From Myxococcota bacterium (GTDB lineage: Bacteria; Myxococcota_A; Polyangia; HGW-17): a stretch of DNA of 64,000 nucleotides. The notes under the pieces are model-generated. The model had not been told where the DNA came from and made no database searches. It saw only the letters and a program-made list of their open reading frames with translations. Position numbers and translations under genes: made by a program. How positions within the stretch are numbered: the first letter of the stretch is position 1; each line of letters opens with the position of its first letter. The stretch is taken from assembly GCA_018817795.1 (NCBI GenBank), contig JAHITJ010000199.1:11682-75681 (forward strand), read 5' to 3'. This document shows, one piece after another, positions 27,343-35,790 of this stretch.

Positions 27343-29903
27343 CGCAGTTTTCCAATGACTTCACAGTACACACCCGGTACCGTGGCGGTGTTGTTCAATT
27401 CGTTGCATTCGCCCAACTGCGAATTGCCCGAAGCGTCCGCGTCGGCCTGCACGGTGACCGTCACCGACGTGGCCAGGGAGCGCGGCGGCGAGGTCCACTC
27501 ACAGGTCAGGTCCACGCACTGCCCCGTCACCAGTGGCGACTGCAGCGTCGCCTCGCACAGCCACTCGCCCGTCTGACCGTGGAAGAATCCGACCGGAAGG
27601 CCCGTGGGGACCGGCTGGGTGCCGCGGTTGCACACCGTCGCCTGCAGTTCGGCATTGGTCGTGATCAGGCAGGAAAAGGAAGCCGCGCGCACCGTCAGAT
27701 CAGGGCTCGTGCCGACGGCAACGGAACCCTGCACGTTCTGGCGGAAGTTGTTCAGTGTGGCGTCCATCCAGTTCTGCACCCACTGGGCGGTGCGGGGCAC
27801 GATCCCGGACTCGGAAACGTTGCTCACGCTGTACGTGTGCTGGTTCCAGATGGTTCGGGAGGGCACCCAGCGATCCAGCGAGTCGCGGTATACACGCACG
27901 CCAGGGTAGGCTCCCAGCCAGTCCGAGCGGCAGACGTTTCCTGTACCGGGGGTTCCGGCCACAGGCACGTCGCAGACGTAGCCGGAGCCGCCTCCCCCAC
28001 ATTGCGCGTCGTCGGCGCAGCGGCAGAAGCCTGTGTCACAGGAGCCTGAGGCGCAGTCCAGGTGGGTCTCGCATCGCAGACCCTTGAAGATCGGATCCAT
28101 GGGTGTCCCGTTGTGGGAGAGGGGATAGCCGATGCCGCCGGCGTTCGTCGGCGCGATCGTGCAGTTCAGGTTCGAGGGCACCACCAGTTCGGCGTTGTAG
28201 TCGCCGTCGACGTCGGCCACGATCGGATTCTCGTTCCAGGTGCAGGAACTGTGCCACTGGGAGAAGAGCACCTCACCGGTGCGCCCGTCGTATACCCGTG
28301 TGAAGACCTCGTCGGCGTAGACGACTTCCACTCGGCCGTCGCCCTCGAAGTCAAACAGCGAAGAGCCGGTGCGGTTGGAACTGTGATCCTGACTGACCTG
28401 ATGCCACAGGATGCCGTCGGTGCGCAGGGTCACGCAGGTGGCGACTTCAGGGATGCCCAGGCAGTCCGGATCGAACACAGAGATCGAGTCCGACGAGGCT
28501 GCCGAGAACTCGACGCGACCGTCGCCGTCGAAATCACCGGCCGTGGGGGGCCCGCCGCCGGTACCGGCCGGGAAGTTGTAGGGACCGTAGAGGGTGCGAC
28601 CAAACACGTTGATCACCTGGGTGAGTCCGGATCCCACCACGACGATCTCGGCAATGCCATCGCGGACGCGCCGGTCGTCACCACCGGGATCCTGGGGAAA
28701 CGTGCCAAAATCGCCGTAGGCCACGTACAGGCCCGCCGGGCCGGTGTTCCAGACCAGGTCCCAGGCCGACGTGGACGGGTTGAAGGAGTACAGCACGGAA
28801 CCGCCGGCCAGATCGACCCGGCCATCGCGATCGAGATCGGCGGCCGCCGGATAGGAGAAGTACCCGGGCATGCCCAGCGTGCCGGTCAACTGCAGGCCGG
28901 TGTGGTCGTACACCAGGCCGAACGAGAGGATCTCGGGCAGCCCGTCGTCGTTGAGATCGTGGACGGCGACCCCGGACCAGCCCGTCGACTGGACGCCGTA
29001 GGTCAGGTTGGTGCCACCGGCGTTGTGTCCATGCCACAACTGGCCCCAGGTGTCCGTCAGGTCGTCGTAGCGGAAGGCCTCCACGCCACCGAGCCCGTTA
29101 TGGGCCACGATTTCGGGACGTCCGTCACCGTCGAGATCGGCGATGGCCGGTGTATTGCAGCCGTTGAGCTGGGTGCCGACCGTATAGAGCTGGGTGCAAT
29201 CCCTGCCGTCGAGAACGCGGATGACGCCGTAGTTTCCGTTGTAGTATCCCGAGCTGCCGTCGGTGCCGGAGTAGCTCAGGAACACGATGGAGGGCTGGAC
29301 CACCGCCGGGTTGCCGTCGAAGTCGAAGTCAGCCACCAGCGGCGTGGAGAGCACGTTGACGTGCGCCGGATACGGGTCGCCTGCCGGAGGTGCCGACCAC
29401 GTGCAGTGCAGAAACGGCGAGAAGATGCCGGACTGCGGATACTCCCCGCACTGGGGATTGAAGTGCCCGCGCGGACCGGTGCCGTAGGGAACGCAGAGGT
29501 TGTTCCAGCAATAGGTGTCCCCGGCACACTGACCATCACTCTCGCAGGGAACACCGGTGACGCACTGCTCCTCCATGCAGATCTCCGCCGGACTGCAGCA
29601 GTCTGTTCCGCAGGATGTGTCGGGAGCCTGGCAGGTGTCCGCATCCGCATCCGCATCCGTGACGTCCCCGACGTCAGTCACATCGGTCACCGCGTCCTGC
29701 GTGTCATCCAGATCGTCCTCGACATCCACGGCCGCATCGTGCAACGGCACGCAGAGGTCATTGCGACAAACCAAGTCACCGGAGCACGGATGAATTCTGT
29801 CACACGGTTCTCCCTGTGACCGGCCCGGCCAGCCGTCTCCCACGGTGCAGGCTACAACCGCCCACACCACGCTCAATGTCAGGATCCAGCGAAAACAAGA
29901 CAT
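27339..29903 (-). CDS. large secreted FG-GAP/VCBS repeat protein with Cys-rich N- and C-terminal regions
   Basis: 854 aa. Signal MSCFRWILTLSVVWAVVAC. At least seven FG-GAP loops: DFDFDGNPAV, DLDGDGRPEIV, DLNDDGLPEIL, DLDRDGRVDL, DFDGDGRVEF, DFEGDGRVEVV, DVDGDYNAELVV. Confidence 0.75.
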   Translation of the reverse strand: MSCFRWILTLSVVWAVVACTVGDGWPGRSQGEPCDRIHPCSGDLVCRNDLCVPLHDAAVDVEDDLDDTQDAVTDVTDVGDVTDADADADTCQAPDTSCGTDCCSPAEICMEEQCVTGVPCESDGQCAGDTYCWNNLCVPYGTGPRGHFNPQCGEYPQSGIFSPFLHCTWSAPPAGDPYPAHVNVLSTPLVADFDFDGNPAVVQPSIVFLSYSGTDGSSGYYNGNYGVIRVLDGRDCTQLYTVGTQLNGCNTPAIADLDGDGRPEIVAHNGLGGVEAFRYDDLTDTWGQLWHGHNAGGTNLTYGVQSTGWSGVAVHDLNDDGLPEILSFGLVYDHTGLQLTGTLGMPGYFSYPAAADLDRDGRVDLAGGSVLYSFNPSTSAWDLVWNTGPAGLYVAYGDFGTFPQDPGGDDRRVRDGIAEIVVVGSGLTQVINVFGRTLYGPYNFPAGTGGGPPTAGDFDGDGRVEFSAASSDSISVFDPDCLGIPEVATCVTLRTDGILWHQVSQDHSSNRTGSSLFDFEGDGRVEVVYADEVFTRVYDGRTGEVLFSQWHSSCTWNENPIVADVDGDYNAELVVPSNLNCTIAPTNAGGIGYPLSHNGTPMDPIFKGLRCETHLDCASGSCDTGFCRCADDAQCGGGGSGYVCDVPVAGTPGTGNVCRSDWLGAYPGVRVYRDSLDRWVPSRTIWNQHTYSVSNVSESGIVPRTAQWVQNWMDATLNNFRQNVQGSVAVGTSPDLTVRAASFSCLITTNAELQATVCNRGTQPVPTGLPVGFFHGQTGEWLCEATLQSPLVTGQCVDLTCEWTSPPRSLATSVTVTVQADADASGNSQLGECNELNNTATVPGVYCEVIGKLR

Positions 29904-29910
29904 GGTTCGA

Positions 29911-30816
29911 TCACTTTCCGGCGATGACTTCCAGGTCGAGGTCCCGGAGGATCTTCACCAGGTGCTCGCCAGTGCCTGTCGACACGCCGACCAGGGGAAG
30001 GCGCAGCTCAGAAGACGGAATCATCCCCAGCATTTGCATGCAGGCCTTGGCCGGCGCCGGGCTGGTCTCCAGGAAAAGCCCCTCTGCGATCGGCAGCAGG
30101 CGATGGGCCAGCTCCCTGGCCCGGACATGATCACCGGCGGCCGCTGCGTGCACCGATTCCGCGAAGAGGCGTGGGATCACGTTGGCCACAACCGAGATCG
30201 CGCCCACCGCCCCCAGCACGAACAGCGGATAGTTCAATTTGTCCTCTCCTGAATACAGGGAGAATTCCGGACGGGCCGAGCGCAGGATCCACTCGGCCTG
30301 GGAGATTGAGCCGGACGCTTCCTTGATGCCCGTCACCCAGGGCACCTCCTGCAGCCTGAGGACGGTCTCCGGCAGGAGGTTCACACCCGTGCGACCGGGC
30401 ACGTTATACAGGATAACCGGGAACTCACATGCCTGGGCCACCGCCGAGAAGTGGGCCAGCAGCCCGCCCTGGGTGGGCTTGTTGTAGTAGGGAGTCACCA
30501 CGAGGGCGGCATCGGCACCGAGCTGGCGGGCCAGTTTGGTACGCTCCACGGTGGTGGCCGTGGACTGGGTTCCGGTGCCCGCGACCACTGGAATGCGGCC
30601 CTTGACCTGCTCCACCGTGAAACGGATGATCCGGCTGTACTCGTCCTGTGTCCAGGTCGCCGTTTCGCCCGTGGTGCCGGCCGTGACGATGGCGTCGGTG
30701 CCGCTGGCAATGTGCAATTCAATCAGTTTCCCCAGCGTGTCGAAGTCAACAGCGCCGCCGGAAAACGGTGTGATCAGAGCCACTATCGAACCGGAGATTT
30801 TCTTCATTCCATTCAC
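29911..30816 (-). CDS. dapA: 4-hydroxy-tetrahydrodipicolinate synthase
   Basis: GSIVALITPF, GTTGETATW, YNVPGRTG, Schiff-base lysine context VTGIKEASG. Confidence 0.9.
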   Translation of the reverse strand: MNGMKKISGSIVALITPFSGGAVDFDTLGKLIELHIASGTDAIVTAGTTGETATWTQDEYSRIIRFTVEQVKGRIPVVAGTGTQSTATTVERTKLARQLGADAALVVTPYYNKPTQGGLLAHFSAVAQACEFPVILYNVPGRTGVNLLPETVLRLQEVPWVTGIKEASGSISQAEWILRSARPEFSLYSGEDKLNYPLFVLGAVGAISVVANVIPRLFAESVHAAAAGDHVRARELAHRLLPIAEGLFLETSPAPAKACMQMLGMIPSSELRLPLVGVSTGTGEHLVKILRDLDLEVIAGK

Positions 30817-30924
30817 TCCCTGTACAGTTCACAATGTACTGGAAACGATTGAAAAAGCAACGATCACGCTATGTTTTAATGGAAGTCCGCAATCTCTCAG
30901 CTTGTATGAACGAGCCATTCTGTT

Positions 30925-31455
30925 ATGCTTCGGGCGATGAACAAGTGGCTCACCGAGCCCCAGGTTCTGGGGCAATACATGCTTCGCGTCTTTAACTCCG
31001 TCGAGAATCCGGAGCGCTTCTTTCCCCTGCGTCAGAAACTGGGCCTGATGGAAGTGGAGGCCGGACGGTGGTATGCTCAGGCCACGCTTCTGAAGTTCTT
31101 TTCCAGCGTGCTCAAGACCGACGGGGAGGACATCCTGTTCCACATGGGACTGCAGATGATCGCCGGCACGGCCTTTCCGCCCAACGTGGCGTCCTTCCAG
31201 GAGGCCATTTCCTCGATGGATCTGGGCTATACGATCGCCCACCGGTACCAGGTCGGCGCCATGTTCGGGCTGCGTGCCTCCGGAGAAATGCAACTGGACA
31301 TCATCGCCGCCAACCCGTATCCATGCCCCTACGACTGGGGCATCCTGCAGGGCATCATGAAGAACTGGGCACCTGCGGCCCGCCTGTCTCATGATTTCTC
31401 GCAGGGATGCCGCCTCGACGGGGAGACGGCATGCCACTACCACCTGATTTTCTGA
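30925..31455 (+). CDS. small hypothetical protein, possibly V4R/H-NOX-clan ligand-binding fold (tentative)
   Basis: 176 aa. The C-terminal CRLDGETACHYHLIF resembles the C-x-x-G-x-x-x-C-x-F-x-I ending of V4R-type domains. The stop lies 3 nt before the downstream kinase ATG. Confidence 0.45.
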   Translation: MLRAMNKWLTEPQVLGQYMLRVFNSVENPERFFPLRQKLGLMEVEAGRWYAQATLLKFFSSVLKTDGEDILFHMGLQMIAGTAFPPNVASFQEAISSMDLGYTIAHRYQVGAMFGLRASGEMQLDIIAANPYPCPYDWGILQGIMKNWAPAARLSHDFSQGCRLDGETACHYHLIF

Positions 31456-31458
31456 CGG

Positions 31459-32511
31459 ATGATGCCCAATATGTCGAACAAACCTGAACGCAAATGGATC
31501 GGCCCCTTCCGCATACTCGGACTGCTGGGCTCCGGCGCCACCGGGCATGTGTTCCTTGCGGAGGATCCTTCCCTGGATCGCAAGGTCGCGATCAAGATCC
31601 TCAAGACGGATTTCAAGTACGACTCGGAGCTGCGGAACCGGTTCCTGCGCGAGGCCCGCAACATGGCCCGCCTGTCGCATCCTGGCGTGGTCTCGGTCCA
31701 CGCCGTCGGCGACGAGGAAGGGCTTCCCTACATGGTCATGGAATACCTTCAGGCCACCGACCTGCTCACGGCGATCGAAAAGCAGGGGGCCCTCTCCTGG
31801 CCCACGGTCGTGTCCATCTTCATCGACGTGACCGAGGGCCTCTGGAACGCCTATGCCGAGGGCATCGTGCACCGGGATGTCAAGCCTGCCAACATTTTCC
31901 TGGCCGCGGAGAACCGCGCCAAGATCGGCGACTTCGGCCTGGCACGGGCGCTTGAAATGGACGCCAACCTCACCGCCGACGGCGTGGTCATCGGAACGCC
32001 CGACTACCTGGCCCCGGAAGTCATCTCCGGAGTCAAGGCCACCGTGGAATCCGACGTGTATGCACTGGGCTGCTCGATGTTCCACGCCATGGCCGGCCAT
32101 CCGCCGTACCGCTTCCTGCATGAGGACATCACCGGACAGGAAGTGCTCAGCCGCCATATCAAAGCGCCCGTCCCCATGCTGGACAACCGGCAGATTCCGC
32201 GGGCGCTGCGTAAATTAATCTATGACATGATGAACAAGAAGCCCGGCGCCCGGCCCACCTACGAAAAGATCGTGACCGCACTGCGCCGCACGATGCGCCC
32301 CAAGGACTACAACAGCCGCGCCATGCCCGCCTTCAATCCCGGCCGAACCGCCGCGTCGTCGAAGACCGCGGCCAGTCCGATCCAGCCGATGGGATCATAT
32401 GACGAAAAATCATCCGAACCCGAACTGGACCTTCCCTCCGTGTGGTTGGTGATCTTCGGCGTGCTGATCTCTGCGGCCATTCTGACGCTCGCCACCTTCG
32501 GCATGTCCTGA
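31459..32511 (+). CDS. Ser/Thr protein kinase with C-terminal membrane anchor
   Basis: GSGATGHVF, VAIKILK, HRDVKPANIF, DFGLA, GTPDYLAPE. C-terminal TM WLVIFGVLISAAILTLATFG. Confidence 0.85.
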   Translation: MMPNMSNKPERKWIGPFRILGLLGSGATGHVFLAEDPSLDRKVAIKILKTDFKYDSELRNRFLREARNMARLSHPGVVSVHAVGDEEGLPYMVMEYLQATDLLTAIEKQGALSWPTVVSIFIDVTEGLWNAYAEGIVHRDVKPANIFLAAENRAKIGDFGLARALEMDANLTADGVVIGTPDYLAPEVISGVKATVESDVYALGCSMFHAMAGHPPYRFLHEDITGQEVLSRHIKAPVPMLDNRQIPRALRKLIYDMMNKKPGARPTYEKIVTALRRTMRPKDYNSRAMPAFNPGRTAASSKTAASPIQPMGSYDEKSSEPELDLPSVWLVIFGVLISAAILTLATFGMS

Positions 32512-32535
32512 TCCCCCTTTTCATTTCGTTCTGAT

Positions 32536-32544
32536 TGGTATAAT
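32536..32544 (+). promoter_or_regulatory. extended -10 element (TGgTATAAT) upstream of the PAS gene
   Basis: TGGTATAAT at 32536-32544, flanked by the 5-bp inverted repeat CTGAT...ATCAG. AAGGAG at 32591-32596 precedes ATG 32605. Confidence 0.4.
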
Positions 32545-32604
32545 ATCAGCGGCAGTTGAACCACTGACGATTGAATCCAGAGCATCCTCGAAGGAGCCTT
32601 TCCG

Positions 32605-33819
32605 ATGTCGGAAATTCCCGTGGATTTCATCAATCCTCCCCTCTCCGTTGACCAGCCGGCATCCGGTGCCCGGGCGAAGGAACCTTCGCGTCAGACGATC
32701 CTGGAGATGCTCAACAGTGCCCCCAGCTCGATCACGGTTCATGACACCCAAGGAAACTTCCTGTACGCAAACCAGCGGACCTTCGAACTGCACGGCTACG
32801 ACAGATCCGAGTTTTTGAGCCTGAACCTGAGCCAACTCGACGTCCCGGAGTCGGGTGAGTTGCTCCAGGATCGTATCCGGCGGATCGAACAGGATGGACA
32901 GGCCACCTTCGAGGTCGAACATTATCGGAAGGACCACAGCGTCCTCCCGCTGGAGGTCTCCGTCAAGCAGGTGACCTGGGAGGGCCGGCCGGCGCTCCTG
33001 AGCATCGCAAGGGACCTTTCCGAAAAGCGGGCCTTGCAGGAACAGTCGATGCGGCACACCCGCGACCTCTCCATGTTTCAGTTGTTCGTGGTGGGGCTCG
33101 CGACGGTCTCCGACGACGAAATCCACAGGTACATCGCGCACAGCCTGAAGGAGTTCGCAGGCGCCTACTTCGTGTCGATCTCGGATTACAACCCGCAGAA
33201 CCGCTGCCTGGCCCACCGTCACCTGGAGATCGACCCCGGCGTCGCCGGCAAGGTGATCAGTTTCCTCGGCTCCCGGGTGGAGGATATCCATACACCGCTG
33301 TCCGAAGAGAACTATGAGTTGATCACCCGCAAGGGCTGGTCCATCGAGAAATCGTTCCACGAAGCCTCCTTTGGATCGATCCCGTCACCGGTGGCCGCCG
33401 CCATGCAGAAGTTCCTGCACCTGGACCGCTTCATCGGGATCACCTTCCTCGACGACAGTCGACTTTACGGCACCTCGCTGCTGGCCATGCGCCAGGAGCA
33501 GCCCGACCCCTCCATGGACATGCTTCAGGCCTACCGTCACGCAGCCACCATCGCCCTGCGGCAACGCGCGTCCGAGCAGGAACGCCGCAGGATCGAGGAC
33601 GAATGGAAGCGGGCACACCAGATGGAGATCAAGGGCCGTCTGGCCACCTCCATCGCCCCGGATTTCGAAGCCCTCCTGGACGACATCGGACAGCGTTCCG
33701 AGCACGTCCTGTCGCTGATGGAAACCGACGACCCGCTCTGCGGACAACTCCGGGAAGTCCTCGACTCCTTGAAGTCGGCAAAAGAACTGATGGAGCAATT
33801 TCGGGACTTCAAGGCCTGA
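32605..33819 (+). CDS. PAS-domain sensor protein ending in a degenerate, orphan histidine-kinase DHp helix (no catalytic ATPase domain)
   Basis: N-terminal PAS (ILEMLNSAPSSITVHDTQGNFLYANQRTFELHGYDRSEF...). Middle GAF-like region. C-terminal KGRLATSIAPDFEALLDDI aligns to the H-box (G)RLAGGIAHDFNNLL with His replaced by Pro (codon CCG 33658-33660). The ORF stops about 50 aa later. Confidence 0.7.
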   Translation: MSEIPVDFINPPLSVDQPASGARAKEPSRQTILEMLNSAPSSITVHDTQGNFLYANQRTFELHGYDRSEFLSLNLSQLDVPESGELLQDRIRRIEQDGQATFEVEHYRKDHSVLPLEVSVKQVTWEGRPALLSIARDLSEKRALQEQSMRHTRDLSMFQLFVVGLATVSDDEIHRYIAHSLKEFAGAYFVSISDYNPQNRCLAHRHLEIDPGVAGKVISFLGSRVEDIHTPLSEENYELITRKGWSIEKSFHEASFGSIPSPVAAAMQKFLHLDRFIGITFLDDSRLYGTSLLAMRQEQPDPSMDMLQAYRHAATIALRQRASEQERRRIEDEWKRAHQMEIKGRLATSIAPDFEALLDDIGQRSEHVLSLMETDDPLCGQLREVLDSLKSAKELMEQFRDFKA

Positions 33820-33882
33820 AGTCTCCCGTCCCCCGAACGATCCGATTTTTCTTGATCGGGCGCATGGGTACGCCTTGAAGGA

Positions 33883-35454
33883 TTATTCTCTTGCCAGCTC
33901 TGGGAATTTCGCGAAGAAATCGTGCAGCATGGCCCGACGCTCGGGATGAAGGTAGTCAAAGTTCTCACCGCGATCGATGACCTCCCAGAAGTCCTTGCTC
34001 TCCACGGAGATCAACTCGGAGCGGATCGAGCGAATCCGGTCGATCGGTTCGGTCTTCATGTCAAGGAAGATACGGTGAGCGCGCTCGGAATCCTCGTGCA
34101 GCAGGAAATAGGTGGCCATCTTGATCTGGGCCTTGCGCACGCCGCGCAGCCCCTTCTCCTGGGCCTCGCCCTCGGCTTCCTTGTCCACCTCGAGCAGGAT
34201 GTCGAGGAGCTTGTCGCCGACGATGGCGCCTGCAGAGAAGGCGAGTTCACACAGCGACGTCAGATCGTAGGCCACCGTCTCAGTGATGAACGCGATGTTC
34301 ATATTAAATGCAACTTGTCCATAGTATCGGAAATAGCCAGCGATCTCAAGCAACTGGTCGTCCATGCCCGCCCGCAGCACTGCCTCGGCGAGCAGCCGGT
34401 ACTGGTGCAGCACGTTGTAGGCGGTGCGCACGTCCTTGGCATTGAGGGTCGCGCGTAAATAAGTGTTGAAGAACTTCAGGATCAGGCGCAGCGTCTCCTG
34501 CTGCCGGTTCCGGATCGCGTCCTCACCGAGGTATCGCGTGTCGATGGCCACGATGTAATTGATGTCGCGCATTCGATTGAGCGACTCGTTGTAAATCATC
34601 TGGTACTGCCGCAGGGTCTTGTATTCCAGCCAGGTGCGCTTCTCGGTGATCTCGCTGAGCACTTCGCGGTGCATCGAAATGAATTCAGTGTTGGCGCGCA
34701 GGGGCCCCGTCACAGCGAACCACTTCTCCGGCAGCTGGTCCTTGCACGACTGGTACTCCCGCAGCAGATCCCGCAGGCTGTCGATCGCGGAGGTGGCGAT
34801 ACCCTTGTCCTTCTGCTCAATGGCGTTGATCGAGATGTCCGCCAACTGCTCGACGTTGCGCACCACCTGCTGCTGCAATTGGTCGATGTCGGTGTTCGGA
34901 CGAAGGCGCACGAGGTTGGAGGTGGCCTGGCGCTCGATACCCTTGACGATGTTCTCGGGTTCCAGGAAATGGAAGACGTACATGAAGTACGGTGCAATCA
35001 GGATCAGCGAGACCGTCAGCAACAGCACGTTCACGATCGACCCGGCCACCGGGATGAAGTCGTGCTCGGAGCCCCCGCGGATGACGAAGTTCATGAACAG
35101 GCAATACACTGCGCTGACAATGAAGAACGCCAGGATCAGGAGGTTGGTCTTGTCCTTGAAGAACATTTCGGTGATCCGCGGCGTGTAGCGCGTGGCGGCC
35201 AGTTGCACGACGATGGAGGCCACCGTGATGACGATGCCCAGGATTGCAGTAATCACTTCGCCCATACCACCGAGGATCTGGCGGCTGTCGTCTACGGACA
35301 TTTTATAAAATATTTCAAAAAATCCGGGATTTCCTTGTTTGGTGCCGAACCAGAAAAAGTCCAGACTATATACAATCAAGAAAAAAACAAACGGAACCAG
35401 CACCAGAAGCCCGATGGCGATAATTAAAATAGTCTTGCGTGTATTGCCAAACAT
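33883..35454 (-). CDS. integral membrane protein, four N-terminal TM helices plus a large soluble helical domain (DUF2254-like architecture, tentative)
   Basis: 523 aa. TM candidates ILIIAIGLLVLVPFVFFLIVY, VITAILGIVITVASIVVQL, LLILAFFIVSAVYCLFMNFVI, IVNVLLLTVSLILIAPYFMYVF. Confidence 0.6.
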   Translation of the reverse strand: MFGNTRKTILIIAIGLLVLVPFVFFLIVYSLDFFWFGTKQGNPGFFEIFYKMSVDDSRQILGGMGEVITAILGIVITVASIVVQLAATRYTPRITEMFFKDKTNLLILAFFIVSAVYCLFMNFVIRGGSEHDFIPVAGSIVNVLLLTVSLILIAPYFMYVFHFLEPENIVKGIERQATSNLVRLRPNTDIDQLQQQVVRNVEQLADISINAIEQKDKGIATSAIDSLRDLLREYQSCKDQLPEKWFAVTGPLRANTEFISMHREVLSEITEKRTWLEYKTLRQYQMIYNESLNRMRDINYIVAIDTRYLGEDAIRNRQQETLRLILKFFNTYLRATLNAKDVRTAYNVLHQYRLLAEAVLRAGMDDQLLEIAGYFRYYGQVAFNMNIAFITETVAYDLTSLCELAFSAGAIVGDKLLDILLEVDKEAEGEAQEKGLRGVRKAQIKMATYFLLHEDSERAHRIFLDMKTEPIDRIRSIRSELISVESKDFWEVIDRGENFDYLHPERRAMLHDFFAKFPELARE

Positions 35455-35790
35455 CTTCCATTCCAGAAATAAATGTCGGACCAGTCATTGGCTCGACGAA
35501 CCGGCCCCAGACCATCCCGTTTCGCATCCGACAAAAACAGGGACAGGTCCCTCCGCATGGCGCCTACTGTACAGAAAAGGTCAATAAAATGCCAGATGTA
35601 ATTGCGAAACTCCAACAAATCACCGGGGACCTTTCCGGGGGGCCGCAGGGTCGGTCCGGACGCGTTCCGACTGCCGGTCGCATGAAATTGCCGTTCCGTA
35701 CGGGCCGACATCCTGACGAATAATGAAACGTGACTTGACATTATTCGCTGGTTCTTGGAAAACACCGACTCAGGAGTTATTGTATCCGTC

